Source of the DNA: Oculina patagonica
Taxonomy: Eukaryota
Length of the DNA: 63,852 nt
Reading direction: 5' to 3'
Assembly (NCBI RefSeq): GCF_052425735.1
Contig: NC_135770.1
Location: 17,174,149-17,238,000 of the forward strand
Shown: positions 1-12,035 of the stretch, in pieces
How the letters are laid out: every line of letters starts with the position of its first letter
Numbering within the stretch: position 1 is the first letter of the stretch
Notes under the pieces: generated by a model
Seen by the model: the letters and a program-made list of their open reading frames with translations, nothing else
What the model was told of the DNA's origin: nothing
Databases searched by the model: none
Translations under genes and position numbers: made by a program

Positions 1-2
1 AA

Positions 3-805
3 GTGGGCGTCCGTGTAAGAACCGACCACTCGATTTTCGGCCCAGAACAGAATTCCTTCAAATTTTCTGTGCAAGACAATTGATCCATATGATAAACAAA
101 AATAGCAATATTTTGGCTTGTAGTGTTATTTGTCAATATTTTTGGCGATGATTGCTGAGAACGGTCAAAAACCGAAAAAATCATCCTGTTTCGAGTCAAA
201 TTTAGGCGTCGCGCTCAACGCGCTGAAAAATTACTCTTTAACTCAAATAAAATGAAACTTGTATATCATTTTATTTTATGTCTTGTCTATTAGTTCATGT
301 TAAAATATTTGAAATCGGACTTAACAAAAATTAATTATGATTTTTTTTAAACACCCCATAAAGAGCCATCGCAAAAATCACGCAAACATACTGTTGGTTA
401 GAGAAGTTTTTCTCAAAAGTTTAACGCGATCTAGAGCCCTGGACACTATCCACGATTAGTACTAGGGTTGGTGTATTAGAAACAAGAAAAAAAGTTTTGG
501 GCACTAAGCTTTTTGAATTTTAGGAGTTTTATCAACAAGGCCTATTTTTAACGGTCGTAACGCGCGTCACGCAATTTCTTACTATTGTGTTTCCTATCTT
601 TCCCACATAAAACAGTTGTCCGAGGGAGCAAATATTTTCGAAACTAGCTTTCTGCTCGGAATAAGGCATGGACAATCCTACATTTATCAAATATCGCCCC
701 AAAAATAAGAATTAAGAAGGTTTTAAAAATCATAGCGGCTCCGGTGTGAGTCTTTAGTTTCACCGGAAAGCTTCGAAAAAGACGTTTCCGTGATTTGGAT
801 ATCAT
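3..805 (+). repeat. Left terminal inverted repeat of the Sola3-like element
   Basis: Outer ~650 bp are near-identical to the reverse complement of the right end; the inner ~150 bp diverge with indels. Confidence 0.95.
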
Positions 806-1540
806 AAGGAATGAACTATGAAAAACCCCTTCGCGCATTTTGACAACGAGATTTTTAACAACGAGAAGTTTTATTCATAGTATAAAGTGCCTTAAAAAAT
901 TATGTACGGCGAATTTACATCGACTTATACTACGGCAAAAATCTTTGCAGGGAATGTAGATTTCAATCGGCTAACACGCTGGAATGTAAATGTTATTTTT
1001 AGGATGTCAAGTACATTAATATTTTGCCCTCCCTTTATACTTCATTTCTTAAATTGTTACGTTGGCAAAGCAAAACGACTTCTATAATTGGTTTCGACTT
1101 TTGAAAATAGCCCATATGCCGTCATCAAATAATTCTCAGTCTTCGCTGAATTCAATTTATGCAAATTTGTAGAAGGTTTACACGTCGCGGCGTATCAAAA
1201 CAAAGTTGATGTCAACTCTGGTAAAATTGACCCCCCAAAACAGAAAAAAAGAATTGAGTGTCTAGTTTCTTTCTCTCTGCTTCCACTTTTATTAAAAGAT
1301 ACTGTAAGGCTTACATCGATGGCGAATCGAAAAAGAAGAGAAGTAAGGGACCTGTCAATGCAATCGAAACATTACTCAAGCGTTGTTGTAACAACTGGCG
1401 AAGCTGAAATCTATAACAGTCAACTGTGCAGCGATTTCTACCCAGCCGATTTCGTTGAAACTTGCTGAAATGAATTTTTGGATAATTTTAACTTATTGAC
1501 AGTAATAAAAAAGCTATCTTTGCGTTTAGAAAAATAGTAT

Positions 1541-1946
1541 TACAGTCGAAGCTCTCATAAGCGGACACCCTCGGGACGCGAAAAAAGTGTCCGCAACTGG
1601 AGCTGGCCGCTTACGAGAATGGTTCTTGTAAGCGGCCACTAGAGGTGTAAGGGGATAGATGGTTGCTTACGGGAGCTTGTGTTTCAAAATGTAACCGGAC
1701 GTGAATGACGACAAAACAAACACTGAAATATGGTTCTGTAATTACAGTAAAATCATTGTGACGAACGGCGATGTGAAGTTGATTGATTAATACAAGATAC
1801 AGAGGTTTTTTATATGATTCTCTTTGCGGTGTCCGCGTAATCTCGGAAAGTGTCCGCGGCCGCTTACGGGAATGTCCGCTTACGAGAATGTAAAAATACA
1901 GAGTTTGTATGGGAGTAAAAACGGGGTTTCTAATAAGGTGGCCGTA
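1541..1946. mobile_element. MITE-like insertion (TA-CAGT terminus, internal CCGCTTACGAGA/GGGA repeats) inside the Sola3-like element
   Basis: Begins TACAGTCGAAGCTCTCATAAGCGGACACC. The motif gccgcttacg(a/g)ga recurs, inverted relative to the start. The right end is not clear. Confidence 0.5.
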
Positions 1947-2443
1947 ATAATAAAAATAAAGTAATTTAAATATGCTGATATTTCCTGTTCATTTATTTCG
2001 TTTATTTTATAGTTCTAGTTTGTCATTACGACTACCGAAAAATAAGAAAAATCGGTTTAACTTTCCATGCCCAAAATTCGATTTTTAAAATAGCACCTCC
2101 GCTCCTGGAAATACCCGCGGGCACCCTTAATAGACTCCAATTTGGGGAGGGTCACAATTTTTGGTTCCAGTGTGGGGGAGGGTCATAATTTGTTAGCCCA
2201 CTTTTTCCACAATTTCGTGGGCCCTCCACTCCTGATAAATAATGACCGGTCCCTAAAGTGGATAGTATAACTAATTTAACTCAGCAACAAAAAAAGGACG
2301 ACTCTAATCCTTTCCTACATTAACAGTAATACAGGGCTTTAAACTATTTTTATTTTCTCGGCTCACAGAAAACTATTATTAAACGTTTGAACAACAGCCA
2401 AACGCATCCGCGAATTGAATAGATAGCATTTGAACGTTTTTTC

Positions 2444-5268
2444 CTATTGGCGACAGTCACATTCTTCAAAAAATGAGAACAAGTTCACTACTAGATTTTT
2501 TTCCGATCTCGTGAACCAAAGGGAATCTCAAAATATCTTAATATCTCCTTAAGCATAACTACACTGAAACTGTCAAGACTCTCGTCTCGTGCCAGGTCAC
2601 ACAGGCAGTAAGAATCATAGCAGATTGGATGCCTGGGACTGAGTTCAGCGGCGACGCTCTCTAGCACTTCACGCCTTTCTTCCCCTTCCTCCTCTGCGTA
2701 CACATCCTCCATCTGTAACTCTTGGTTCCCCTGCTTTCTTCGTGTGGCCGCTAGTCTCGAAAAAAAAAAAAACCCTGTACTTGACTTTTCGTGAGCCAGT
2801 CTTACCTGTCAAATATCCGCAAACCATCTGGTCTTCTTGCTGTTCTCATGTCTGCAGCCACTTTTCCGGGATCTGCCTTGTTGCCGGTTCTCTCTCCAAG
2901 GTCGAATTACATCGTTAGGTATTGTTTAACATCATCAGGAAATCGCACACCTTGATTTCGCACCTTGTGTAGAGCCCAGCCAAGCTGTAAGTCACTGCAA
3001 AAACTAGGAGCTTGATATTCAAATTCGTCTCCTCGCTCATCGCAATGTGCTACCGGTGCACTGCTTCTTTCCTCGTTGTTGTCAACATTAAGGAATTTCT
3101 CGGCCCAGTCTCTTCTGAGTTTGTCATACACCGTTTCGGACCCTCCGCGCATTTGGCGGTGCTCGCCAACATCAAGATGATTCTCAAGCTCACTAACTTT
3201 TTTGAAGACCATTTGACACCCAGGCTCAGGGCAAGAGAAAAGACCGCTGGTTTCCTCACCATCAGTTGATGTGGCGTTATGGATTCGTGCTTCCTTGACT
3301 GGAAAAAAGTCGACATCTATAACAAGATCTGTAGGACCCTGAGGCTTGACGATGATGTCTTGGTAGGGAATGAGCCTCCCTTGCCCTAAATTATAAGCTC
3401 TCCAGATCCTAATGCCATTTGATTCAAATTGAAAGTTATGATACCTGCTGAAATGATCTGTCATTTTTACTTCAAGTGTCTTTTGAGACTCATTCACAGA
3501 GCAAACACTGGCAGTTGTGCCTCGGACAGGACGTTCGGAAAGCGCTGTACGCATGTCCTTTGCAGAAAGAACATCGTGTCCCTCGTTGCAATAGCGTCGG
3601 ATAGCTGACTTCATCGGGCAAAGGATCCTATCACAGACATCTTTCCCGTATTGTGGCTCGGAAAAGTCGTACCGTGTGACGGTGATACCAACTCGGTTCC
3701 CAGCATCTCTTACGGCCGCCACGAGAAAGTTGTTGTAGTAACAGCCTGCTTCGTCACTTCTAAAGTTCACCTGAGTTATGTGAGGATGTTCCTTCTTTAA
3801 GGCCTCCAGTGTGTTCTCGATGATCGAACAGACTGCATACCAATTCTGCTGGCAGGAATCAAGGATGTGAGCATATGATTACCAGTGCTGACATTCTTGG
3901 TTATGACGGTGGATATATGCCAGCTGAGCCCTCGTTTTCCGAACCATTCGGACTGCTTCTCACGATATTTCAGTTGAAGAAATTTCATGGCCCAGTCCAT
4001 TATAACAATGGCGGACGTCGCGTCGGCTGTTTTCAGTAAATCTTGCTTCGCCTCTTCCTGGTTTATTGAGCGGACAATGTGCGCTTTCCATAGAAAGATA
4101 TCTGACTTTGCGCGGTCAAAGTCGTACAGTAAATCTTCTCGTTGTTCTGAATTAACTGGCGTCCAGGATGGACCTTCGATCTCAGGTCGTAGTTCCTGAA
4201 GTACTTTCTTTAGCTCTTGGCAGTCATCGCAAGTGGATAAGTGCTGATGTGAACAGGACTTTTGAAATTCGGGTTCTACCGGATTACTAAGTGCAAAATT
4301 CCTGCAGTGGTCGGGTTCGAGTCCTGGCCGGGTTCAATATGTCGTGTTCTTTGGGCAAGACTGGGGGTAACCCTGCGATGGGAATACTCCTAGTCGCTTT
4401 ATGCTACGGAAACGTGATGGGCCCCTAGGCTCGTATACATGCTTTACCTTTTTATATACTTAAACTTGCAAAATTCTGCTCATTAATATACCTAAACCAT
4501 ACAAATGGGCAGAACCTCCACGTATAGTAATCCCCCCCTCCCCCACAATCGCCTTCAACCAACTCTGACCCCTGTGTTCGCAGCAAACTTGAAAGAGTAA
4601 TTTATTTAGTCACGGTTAAAAACATCAGGTGTTGCAAGCTATGTCACTAAGAATAAATTATTGAAGTCGCATTCAAATTACTCTATAATAACATTTTATC
4701 CTGTGTTTGAGCCGGTCTCAGGTAAGCTAACAGAACGCGTCCAGAGAACAGTTGTCACCATGCAACAATAGTAATGACCTAGCATTTCATATTTACGGAA
4801 GTGAAATCTGTTTCAGCCTAGGGCTTAACAATGTAAACAATTTTTAGCGATTAAGAACAATCTTTAACGATAAAACTTACGGGAACCAACGGGTGCAGCT
4901 TCTCCAAAGAGGTTTTTAATTTCCCTGGCCAGCTTGAAATTTATAACATGAGTTCCTGTTACCGCCGATTTCTTTCTATGATGTCTTGGATACTGGCAGG
5001 TCTTCGGAGCTTGCCAGTACTTTCCTAAGGTAAAACGATGGGCTGGACAAACCATCATATTCTTAATCTGTTCTTCAGTGAGTTCTAAAAGACCTGCTCT
5101 TGCCAGTATTAGATCCCTTTCACATGAATTTTCTCTTGACAGGTGGTGATTTGCTAGATGCAAACTGATATCGCCGTCACAATCATTTAGGGCTATACAA
5201 TCTGTATGTCCACGACTACTTTCGCACTTACCACCTAAAATTGCCGAGAAGGAACAAAATCCTGCCAT
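2444..5268 (-). pseudogene. Sola3-type DDD transposase pseudogene
   Basis: Cys-rich first exon 5268-4881 (MAGFCSF...VCPAHRFTLG...PVGS, then a GTAAGT donor). Core fragments: MDWAMKF..REKQSEWFGKRG, RSDEAGCY, YDFSEPQYGKDVCDR (three candidate catalytic Asp), and a C2H2 finger CPEPGC..ELENHLDVGEH. Disrupted by frameshifts (~3880, ~2765, ~2495), a stop at 2907 and loss of the middle region near 4320. Confidence 0.85.
4308..4452 (+). mobile_element. Truncated tRNA-derived SINE at the transposase breakpoint
   Basis: B-box GGTTCGAGTCC, then gtgttctttgggcaagact and the tail ctcctagtcgctttatgctac...gatgggcc...ctttaccttt, which I recognise as a common cnidarian SINE body. Confidence 0.6.
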
Positions 5269-5724
5269 TTCACAGAACGAAACAACACGAAACGCAAAGA
5301 GCAAAACTATTCCTGCCGTAATGTAAGCACGCACGACATCAATTGTCACAAATTTGCATAAGTTAAATTTAGCACAAGGGCAGTGCAAAAAAAAGTGAAG
5401 AAAATAAATATTAAAGGAAAAGTTTGTAGCCTATTCACAAAATTGAAAAACAAATGATATAAAGTAAAACAAGAAATAGTTTTTGCAGCAAGCATTTGTC
5501 ACACGGGTTGAAATTAACCTACTAAAAATAACTTTCATTGACATTCCCGCGTGCATCAAAGCCGACTGAAACAGACATTTTCTGAGAAATTCGCTTTGGT
5601 CTATTTTCATTTGTGTTGCATTTTCTCTGGGCGTACACTTTAATAATACAATGATAATAATTTCTAGCTGTTAAATGTGTTTAATATGTTAAATTATTAA
5701 GGGTTTCTTTCGTAGTTCTTTCCC

Positions 5725-6542
5725 TATTTATGATTACCGAATCACGGAAACCGCTTTTCGAAGCTTTTTGCACAGTTAAAGACGGAACTAAAGACAACTC
5801 ATACCGGAGCCGCTCATGATTTAACCTTCTTAATTCTTATTTTTGGGGCGATATTTGATAAATTTAGGATTTTCCATGCCTTTTTCCGAGCAGAAAGCTA
5901 GTTTCAAAAATATTTGCTCCCTCGGACAACTGTTTTATGTGGGAAAGATAGGAAACACAATAGTAAGAAATTGCGTGACGCGCGTTACGACCGTTAAAAA
6001 TAGGCCTTGTTGATAAAACTCCTAAAATTCAAAAAGCTTAGTGCCCAAAACTTTTTTTCTTGTTTCTAATACACCAACCCTAGTACTAATCGTGGATAGT
6101 GTCCAGGGCTCTAGATCGCGTTAAACTTTTGAGAAAAACTTCTCTAACCAACAGTATGTTTGCGTGATTTTTGCGATGGCTCTTTATGGGGTGTTTAAAA
6201 AAAATCATAATTAATTTTTGTTAAGTCCGATTTCAAATATTTTAACATGAACTAATAGACAAGACATAAAATAAAATGATATACAAGTTTCATTTTATTT
6301 GAGTTAAAGAGTAATTTTTCAGCGCGTTGAGCGCGACGCCTAAATTTGACTCGAAACAGGATGATTTTTTCGGTTTTTGACCGTTCTCAGCAATCATCGC
6401 CAAAAATATTGACAAATAACTCTACAAGCCAAAATATTGCTATTTTTGTTTATTATATGGATCAATTGTCTTGCACAGAAAATTTGAAGGAATTCTGTTC
6501 TGGGCCGAAAATCGAGTGGTAGGTTCTTACACGGACGCTCAC
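5725..6542 (-). repeat. Right terminal inverted repeat of the Sola3-like element
   Basis: Reverse complement of 3-805. Confidence 0.95.
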
Positions 6543-7072
6543 TTAACACGTATTTTAAAACTTCGCGTTAATTTTAATCACCTTAATTTACGTCATTGTT
6601 AATTAGAATCACACTCTTTTACGGCATCGAAGTTTTAATTAAGACACTTCTTGATAGCATTAAAAATCATTTCTTCTTTATCATGTTAATTGCGCCTCTA
6701 ATATCATCTACAAGAGGGTCCCCAGTTTATTAAAGATTCAGGCTCTGAAGCTGTGGGGATTGTGGCGGTTGTGGCAGACCACTTTATTTATGGCCGAGAT
6801 TGGTGATGCCCGTTCTCAACCAAAATGATGGCAAAAAGGAATTAACATCATGTGAAAGCAACGTCACTTCAGTGTTATCATAATCACCTGTTTGATAATT
6901 AATTGTAGGCGTTATTATGCAAAAACATGACATGTCTGGCATAAAAAGCAGCCTTGAAGGTGGGAATATTATTCACTGTCAAGGAACCGTCCTGAATGAA
7001 ATTCAGAGCATGAAACATCAATCCGATTGAGTGTTCCTGGCTGGATTCTGTAGATAACTTTTGTGCAGAGCA

Positions 7073-8017
7073 ATGGCGATTGCAAACTTTACTGGAAGCG
7101 ATAAACAGTCTGAAACACTTGAACAACAGCTATGCTCGGCTGCTTTGACAGACGGAATATACCAACAGTTGGTGTATATTTCAGCATTCAACATTTTTCT
7201 ATCCATGACTGCATTTCTTGGCAATGCTCTGATCCTGGTTGCGCTTCGAAAGGAGTCTGCCCTTCATCCGCCTTCCAAACTCTTGTTTCGTTGTCTGACA
7301 ACAACTGATCTCTGCGTTGGTCTAATTGCAGAGCCGGTCTTTGTGATCCATCTGATGTCCATGGTTCACGAAAAATGGAATCTTTGTCGCTACACACTGC
7401 TCACGACGTACCTAGTAAGTTTTATTCTTTGTCCCGTTACTTTGCTTACAACGGCTGCAATAAGCGTGGACCGACTTCTCGCCCTGTTGTTGGGGCTGAG
7501 ATACAGACAAGCTGTAACTTTGAAGCGAACATTTGCCACCGTGTGTATCTTTTGGGTCATTTCCTTTGTCGCTGCAGTAGCGTATCTTGCAAATCACCAA
7601 ATAACCATCTGGTATGGTCGTATAGTCATTCTTTTTTGTGTTGTAGCCTCAATCGTCTCCTACTCAAAGATTTTTCTTACCCTACGGCATCATCAGACTC
7701 AAGTACAAGGTCACGTTCAACAACAACAGCAACCGTGCCAAGCAATTTCACTCAACATAGCGCGATACAGGAAGGCAGTGTCCAGTGCACTGTGGGTGCA
7801 GTTGACATTAGTTGCGTGTTATTTACCATATGGTATAGCTGGAGCTTTCAGTTATAGTAACCTGTCTCCATCGAGTGTCCTTGCTTTGAACGTTACGTCA
7901 ACTCTAGTCTACTTAAACTCGTCGTTAAACCCGCTTCTTTACTGCTGGAAGATTAGCGAAGTAAAACAAGCAGTAAAGCAGACACTCAGAGACGCACTTT
8001 GTTGTTTATCGAGTTAA
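7073..8017 (+). CDS. Class A (rhodopsin-like) 7TM GPCR, cnidarian melanocortin/adenosine-receptor-like family, copy 1
   Basis: GN in TM1, L..TDLCVG in TM2, ISVDRL (DRY variant), CYLP in TM6, NSSLNPLLY (NPxxY) and a C-terminal CC. The start is set at ATG 7073 (MAIANFT) by alignment with the paralogs. Confidence 0.93.
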   Translation: MAIANFTGSDKQSETLEQQLCSAALTDGIYQQLVYISAFNIFLSMTAFLGNALILVALRKESALHPPSKLLFRCLTTTDLCVGLIAEPVFVIHLMSMVHEKWNLCRYTLLTTYLVSFILCPVTLLTTAAISVDRLLALLLGLRYRQAVTLKRTFATVCIFWVISFVAAVAYLANHQITIWYGRIVILFCVVASIVSYSKIFLTLRHHQTQVQGHVQQQQQPCQAISLNIARYRKAVSSALWVQLTLVACYLPYGIAGAFSYSNLSPSSVLALNVTSTLVYLNSSLNPLLYCWKISEVKQAVKQTLRDALCCLSS

Positions 8018-8816
8018 TTCATCGTTCTTCGTAAGTAAAGCTGAATGGTTGGAAAGTCAAGGTAGAGTTTCATGTAAATTAGATTGGAATTGTTGCCGCG
8101 ATTAAATAGCCAAATTATAGGAGTCAAAGCACTTGATTTTGAAAGCCATCACTTTTATATTTTCACATTGTTATGAATACTCTTTATAAAATATGGTATG
8201 CTACAACAGCTTCCCGAGACATTTTCGGCTCATAAGTCAGCTAGAAAATGATACTCAGGAAAATAGTTTGTTAGTTTCTTTCGTATGCGCTAACAAATTA
8301 AGGTCTCTTTAATAAACAGCTTAAGTTTTCAGGATATTATAGAAAGTATAATCCACCATTACTATATCTCTCAGATAGTACGAAGCTGTGATGGTCAATT
8401 TTACGGGCCGTTTTCTACATTACGGGTCGCAAAAACTTGACAGTTCACGTGAAACCATAATTACGTTTGTTATCAACATGTCGTAAAAACGCTACTTAAA
8501 ACTTTTCGCTTTTGACGAAAAGTCTGCAAATACTGTGAAGAAACCTAAATGCTGCCACCCTCTGTTTCGACAATCGTAGTACCTATTTCCATTTGTTCAG
8601 TTATTTAATATGAGATGGCCACCCGCGGTAAGTGATTCAGCTAATGATTTAATTTAGCGACAGGTGCTGAGACTGATTCAGTTCAGCTCTGCAGGCCAAA
8701 CACCTCTCAAAACGACACATTAATGTTCCTAACCCATAACCCTTATTATAATTATATATAAACAAACAACACAACCAGAACATTTGTGGGGAAAGAGGTA
8801 AGGGATGAAGCACTCC

Positions 8817-8981
8817 AATAGGCCATTTCCGATATGTTAAAATTCTAACTTGGATCCGAGGCTTGGGGGAATAAAAAAAATATCACGTTGAGGTTCAGGG
8901 ATGAATAAATCATTTCTTTTGTTTTATTCCCCCAAGCCTCGGAGCCAAGTAAGAATATTAATATATCGGAATTGGCCTATT
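8817..8981. mobile_element. MITE with AATAGGCCA terminal inverted repeats
   Basis: aataggccatttccgatat ... atatcggaattggcctatt, with inverted internal arms. Confidence 0.75.
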
Positions 8982-9284
8982 AAGAGTTCTATGTCACTTT
9001 TCCTAGGATTACCCCGGCGTGATAATCCACCAGGGTACTCAGTACGAGGTGCTAATTCTCAAGAGGGGGTGATAATCCCCCAAGGGTACTGAGTGAGAGG
9101 TGTTCATCCGCTCTAGGGGTCGAATCCCCCGGGTTAAGGAGTAATAAGAGTCTACATTTTAAGGAAAAGCAAATAAAAATAAATACTATGTAAATTCCTT
9201 CACCTGATTTCGTTGTTAAATCACAACATAGAAAATGCGCATGTGTTTTCGGCTGACCTGATCCCCTTTAGTTCTCACCGGAAG

Positions 9285-9425
9285 CGTTTTGATCGCTATC
9301 TGGACGGCAACCATAATACAGAGATCAACATTGTCAAGAAACTAACAAATTCAAGGACTAAGCAACAACGGCAGACGTCTAGAAACAGCTTGAAGCCGAA
9401 GGGAAGTGAAGCGAAGCAAAATCTT
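9285..9425 (+). mobile_element. Probable Crypton/DUF3504-type tyrosine recombinase fragment
   Basis: Degenerate peptide FDRYLDG..INIVK...KQLEAEGK resembles the conserved DRYL...LK..GKG segment of this family, by recognition only. Confidence 0.35.
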
Positions 9426-11090
9426 TCACTGCTTGCATTCAAAGTCATGCCTTATTTCCATAGATCAAGACCTAACATCGTTGTTTTATCATCCAAAAGC
9501 CTTCTTGTTGGAAAAATGATTAATTCTTAATTAGGAAGCTTCTAATGTTACTGAATGAAACCAACCCCCAGAAAAGCATCCCCTAAATTGAAGTAAATCC
9601 TGGTTCTAAAGCCGAGGTGAACTTTCGCGGTTGTAGAAAAACATGTTATTTATGGCCTGGAGAAGTGATGCCTGTTTTTCTACCAAGAAGAGAGCGAAAA
9701 GGAATAAACTCCCTATAAAACAACGTCATTTGCGGTGTGCTCATAATCTCTTGTTTATTAAATTTAAATATTTTCTTATTGCAACGCGTTCAGCCAAAAG
9801 AATAAAAGCTAAGATAAAATCTGGCCAGTAACAGTAATTTGCCAGTAACCAGGCACGGCCGCTTCGTCAGTCAGATCAAAGTTTTTTTTTTTCGAAAATA
9901 CAACTCAGGCAAAACAGTCGTGTAAAATCCCCCCGAGGGAGGGCATTGCCATATATGAGCTATATAGTATGTGCCGTGGGATAGGGTATGGTTTTTTAGG
10001 TTCTCGATCCTTAATTGTGTTCTCGGTGTGATCCTTTGATAAGGTACTTAAATTGCATCAGCTTAAATTGCAGTGCGTAAACGTACAGCTAAACGACAAA
10101 GAAATGCTCCGCGCACCTTTAGTTTTCTTATTTTATTTCTTTATGTTTCTTAGGTTTTTTAGTTTTCCTGGGGGGAGGCAACTTTACCCTTACCCTCCCC
10201 CCCCCGCCCCCCGCTATGTACGGCCCTGCTTCATCTTTTAATAGGGTCAGGGTTTTTAAAGAACCTTGCTGCACTCACCTATCCGAAATTGTCAGGATTG
10301 CCCCCCCGGGGGCGTAAAATAACGTCAATATTGTCAGCACCGTCTTTCTTTCCCGATCTGCCACTTGCTTATTTATAACCGTGAGGTCTTTCACTTCCCG
10401 TTTTATTTTCTTAAAGCACGAAAAAGCTTCGGTTGTAAATTACTATTGGCAGCACCACGGGTACTCAGCAAGCGTATGAGCGTAAGTAATTGTGATGACC
10501 TTTAATCTTCCGAAATGCTTACATGCTAAGGGAAGCAAGGCAATGAACATAAAACTCACATATTAAGGAAGGAGATTTATCCGTTCTAAATTTTGATGCG
10601 TGGGCCCTCTGTGTTAAAGTGTAGACCAAAAAATATGAATCCCCTGTCGTATGAACATCATTTTTCAGGTGTGAAGATAAGGTCTCCCCCATAAAAAATT
10701 GAAAACACTGAACTCCAAGCATCTGAAAGCTGAAACGTTCAAGCTGAAACACTACTTTTATTACTTTTGTATTTAATTTTCTTCACATCCCGCCTCGAGG
10801 CCCATTAACTCTCAAGACGGTTGATTTACTCTTATACTTTGACAAGGTAAAGTAGTTTTTTTCTTTTCTTATCTTTTAGACTGAAATTAAATTTGATGGA
10901 GCACATGGTAAGAGCTCAGAGTTCATAAAAGTTGTCAACTCTCGTACTTTAAATCATTTGGCAGTTGACATGTTCGAAGATATAAAAGAAGTGAATACGC
11001 CATGTAAATTAGTGTAGAACAAAACAGAAGCGCATAGATTTTGATAAGTTATCTTACGTTTAAACTTTAAACGCCTGCACTGAAGGAAAA

Positions 11091-12035
11091 ATGGCGATAC
11101 CAAACTTGACTGAACCTGAAAAACACACTGAAATGTTCCAAAAACTGCTATGCTCGGCTGGGTTAACAGACGGAATACACAAACATTTGACGTTTATTTT
11201 GATGTTGAACATTTTCCTATCTATTACTGCATTTCTTGGAAATGCTTTGATCCTAGTTGCCCTTCGAAAGGAGTCTTCCCTTCATCCGCCGTCCAGACAT
11301 TTGCTTCGTTGTCTAGCAACAACTGATCTCTGCGTTGGTCTTATTTCAGAGCCTCTCGCTGTTGCCTATTGGATATTTTTGCTCCGCGAAGATTGGAGCC
11401 TTTGTCGTTTGGCAATAGACACCTGCCTCGCAGTGGGCTTTGCTTTGGGTTTAGCGTCTTTATTTACAATAGCTGCAATAAGCGTGGACAGACTTCTCGC
11501 TCTGTCGTTGGGGCTGAGATACAGACAAGTTGTAGCTTTGAAGCGAACATATGCGATTTTAGGTGTCTTTTGGGTTGTGTCCATTGCTGGTGCTACACTG
11601 TACCTCATAAATCACCTTATAACATTTTGGTTTGGCTATGTAGTTATACTGATATGTTCAGTGACCTCAGTCGCGTCCTACACAAAGATATTTTGCACAC
11701 TCTGTCGTCATCAAACTCAAGTAAAAGTCCATGTTAAAAAAGATCAACCGAGCCAAGCAATTCCACTAAACATAATGCGACACAGAAAGGCAGTGTTAAG
11801 TACGATATGGGTGCAAATGGCATTAGTTGTTTGTTATTTACCATACGGTATAGTGACAGCTGTGCTTAGTTACAGCCCTATAACATCATCGATGTTCCTC
11901 GCTTGGGAAATAACAGCGACTTTTGTTTACTTCAATTCAACGATAAACCCGTTTCTTTACTGCTGGAAGATCAGCGAAGTAAAACAAGCAGTAAAGCAGA
12001 CAATCAGAGACGCACTTTGCTGTTTATCGAGTTAG
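11091..12035 (+). CDS. Class A 7TM GPCR, copy 2
   Basis: 314-aa ORF with the same motifs (GNAL, TDLCVG, SVDRL, CYLP, NSTINPFLY). Confidence 0.93.
   Translation: MAIPNLTEPEKHTEMFQKLLCSAGLTDGIHKHLTFILMLNIFLSITAFLGNALILVALRKESSLHPPSRHLLRCLATTDLCVGLISEPLAVAYWIFLLREDWSLCRLAIDTCLAVGFALGLASLFTIAAISVDRLLALSLGLRYRQVVALKRTYAILGVFWVVSIAGATLYLINHLITFWFGYVVILICSVTSVASYTKIFCTLCRHQTQVKVHVKKDQPSQAIPLNIMRHRKAVLSTIWVQMALVVCYLPYGIVTAVLSYSPITSSMFLAWEITATFVYFNSTINPFLYCWKISEVKQAVKQTIRDALCCLSS

Larger units (their letters stand above)
3..6542 (-). mobile_element. Sola3-like DNA transposon, non-autonomous/decayed, long TIRs, TTAA target site
   Basis: Bases 3-~805 are the reverse complement of ~5725-6542 (GTGGGCGTCCGTGTAAGAACC... 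/ ...GGTTCTTACACGGACGCTCAC). TTAA follows at 6543-6546 and the window starts with AA, consistent with a cut TTAA. The interior holds a DDD transposase remnant. Long TIRs plus TTAA fit Sola3, although the termini are GTG/CAC rather than the GAG/CTC I recall for the group. Confidence 0.85.

Noticed and set aside
7375-7857. Alternative-frame ORFs inside the GPCRs (also 11369-11737, 15552-16034)
   Set aside because: Out-of-frame shadows whose extent is not conserved among the three paralogs.
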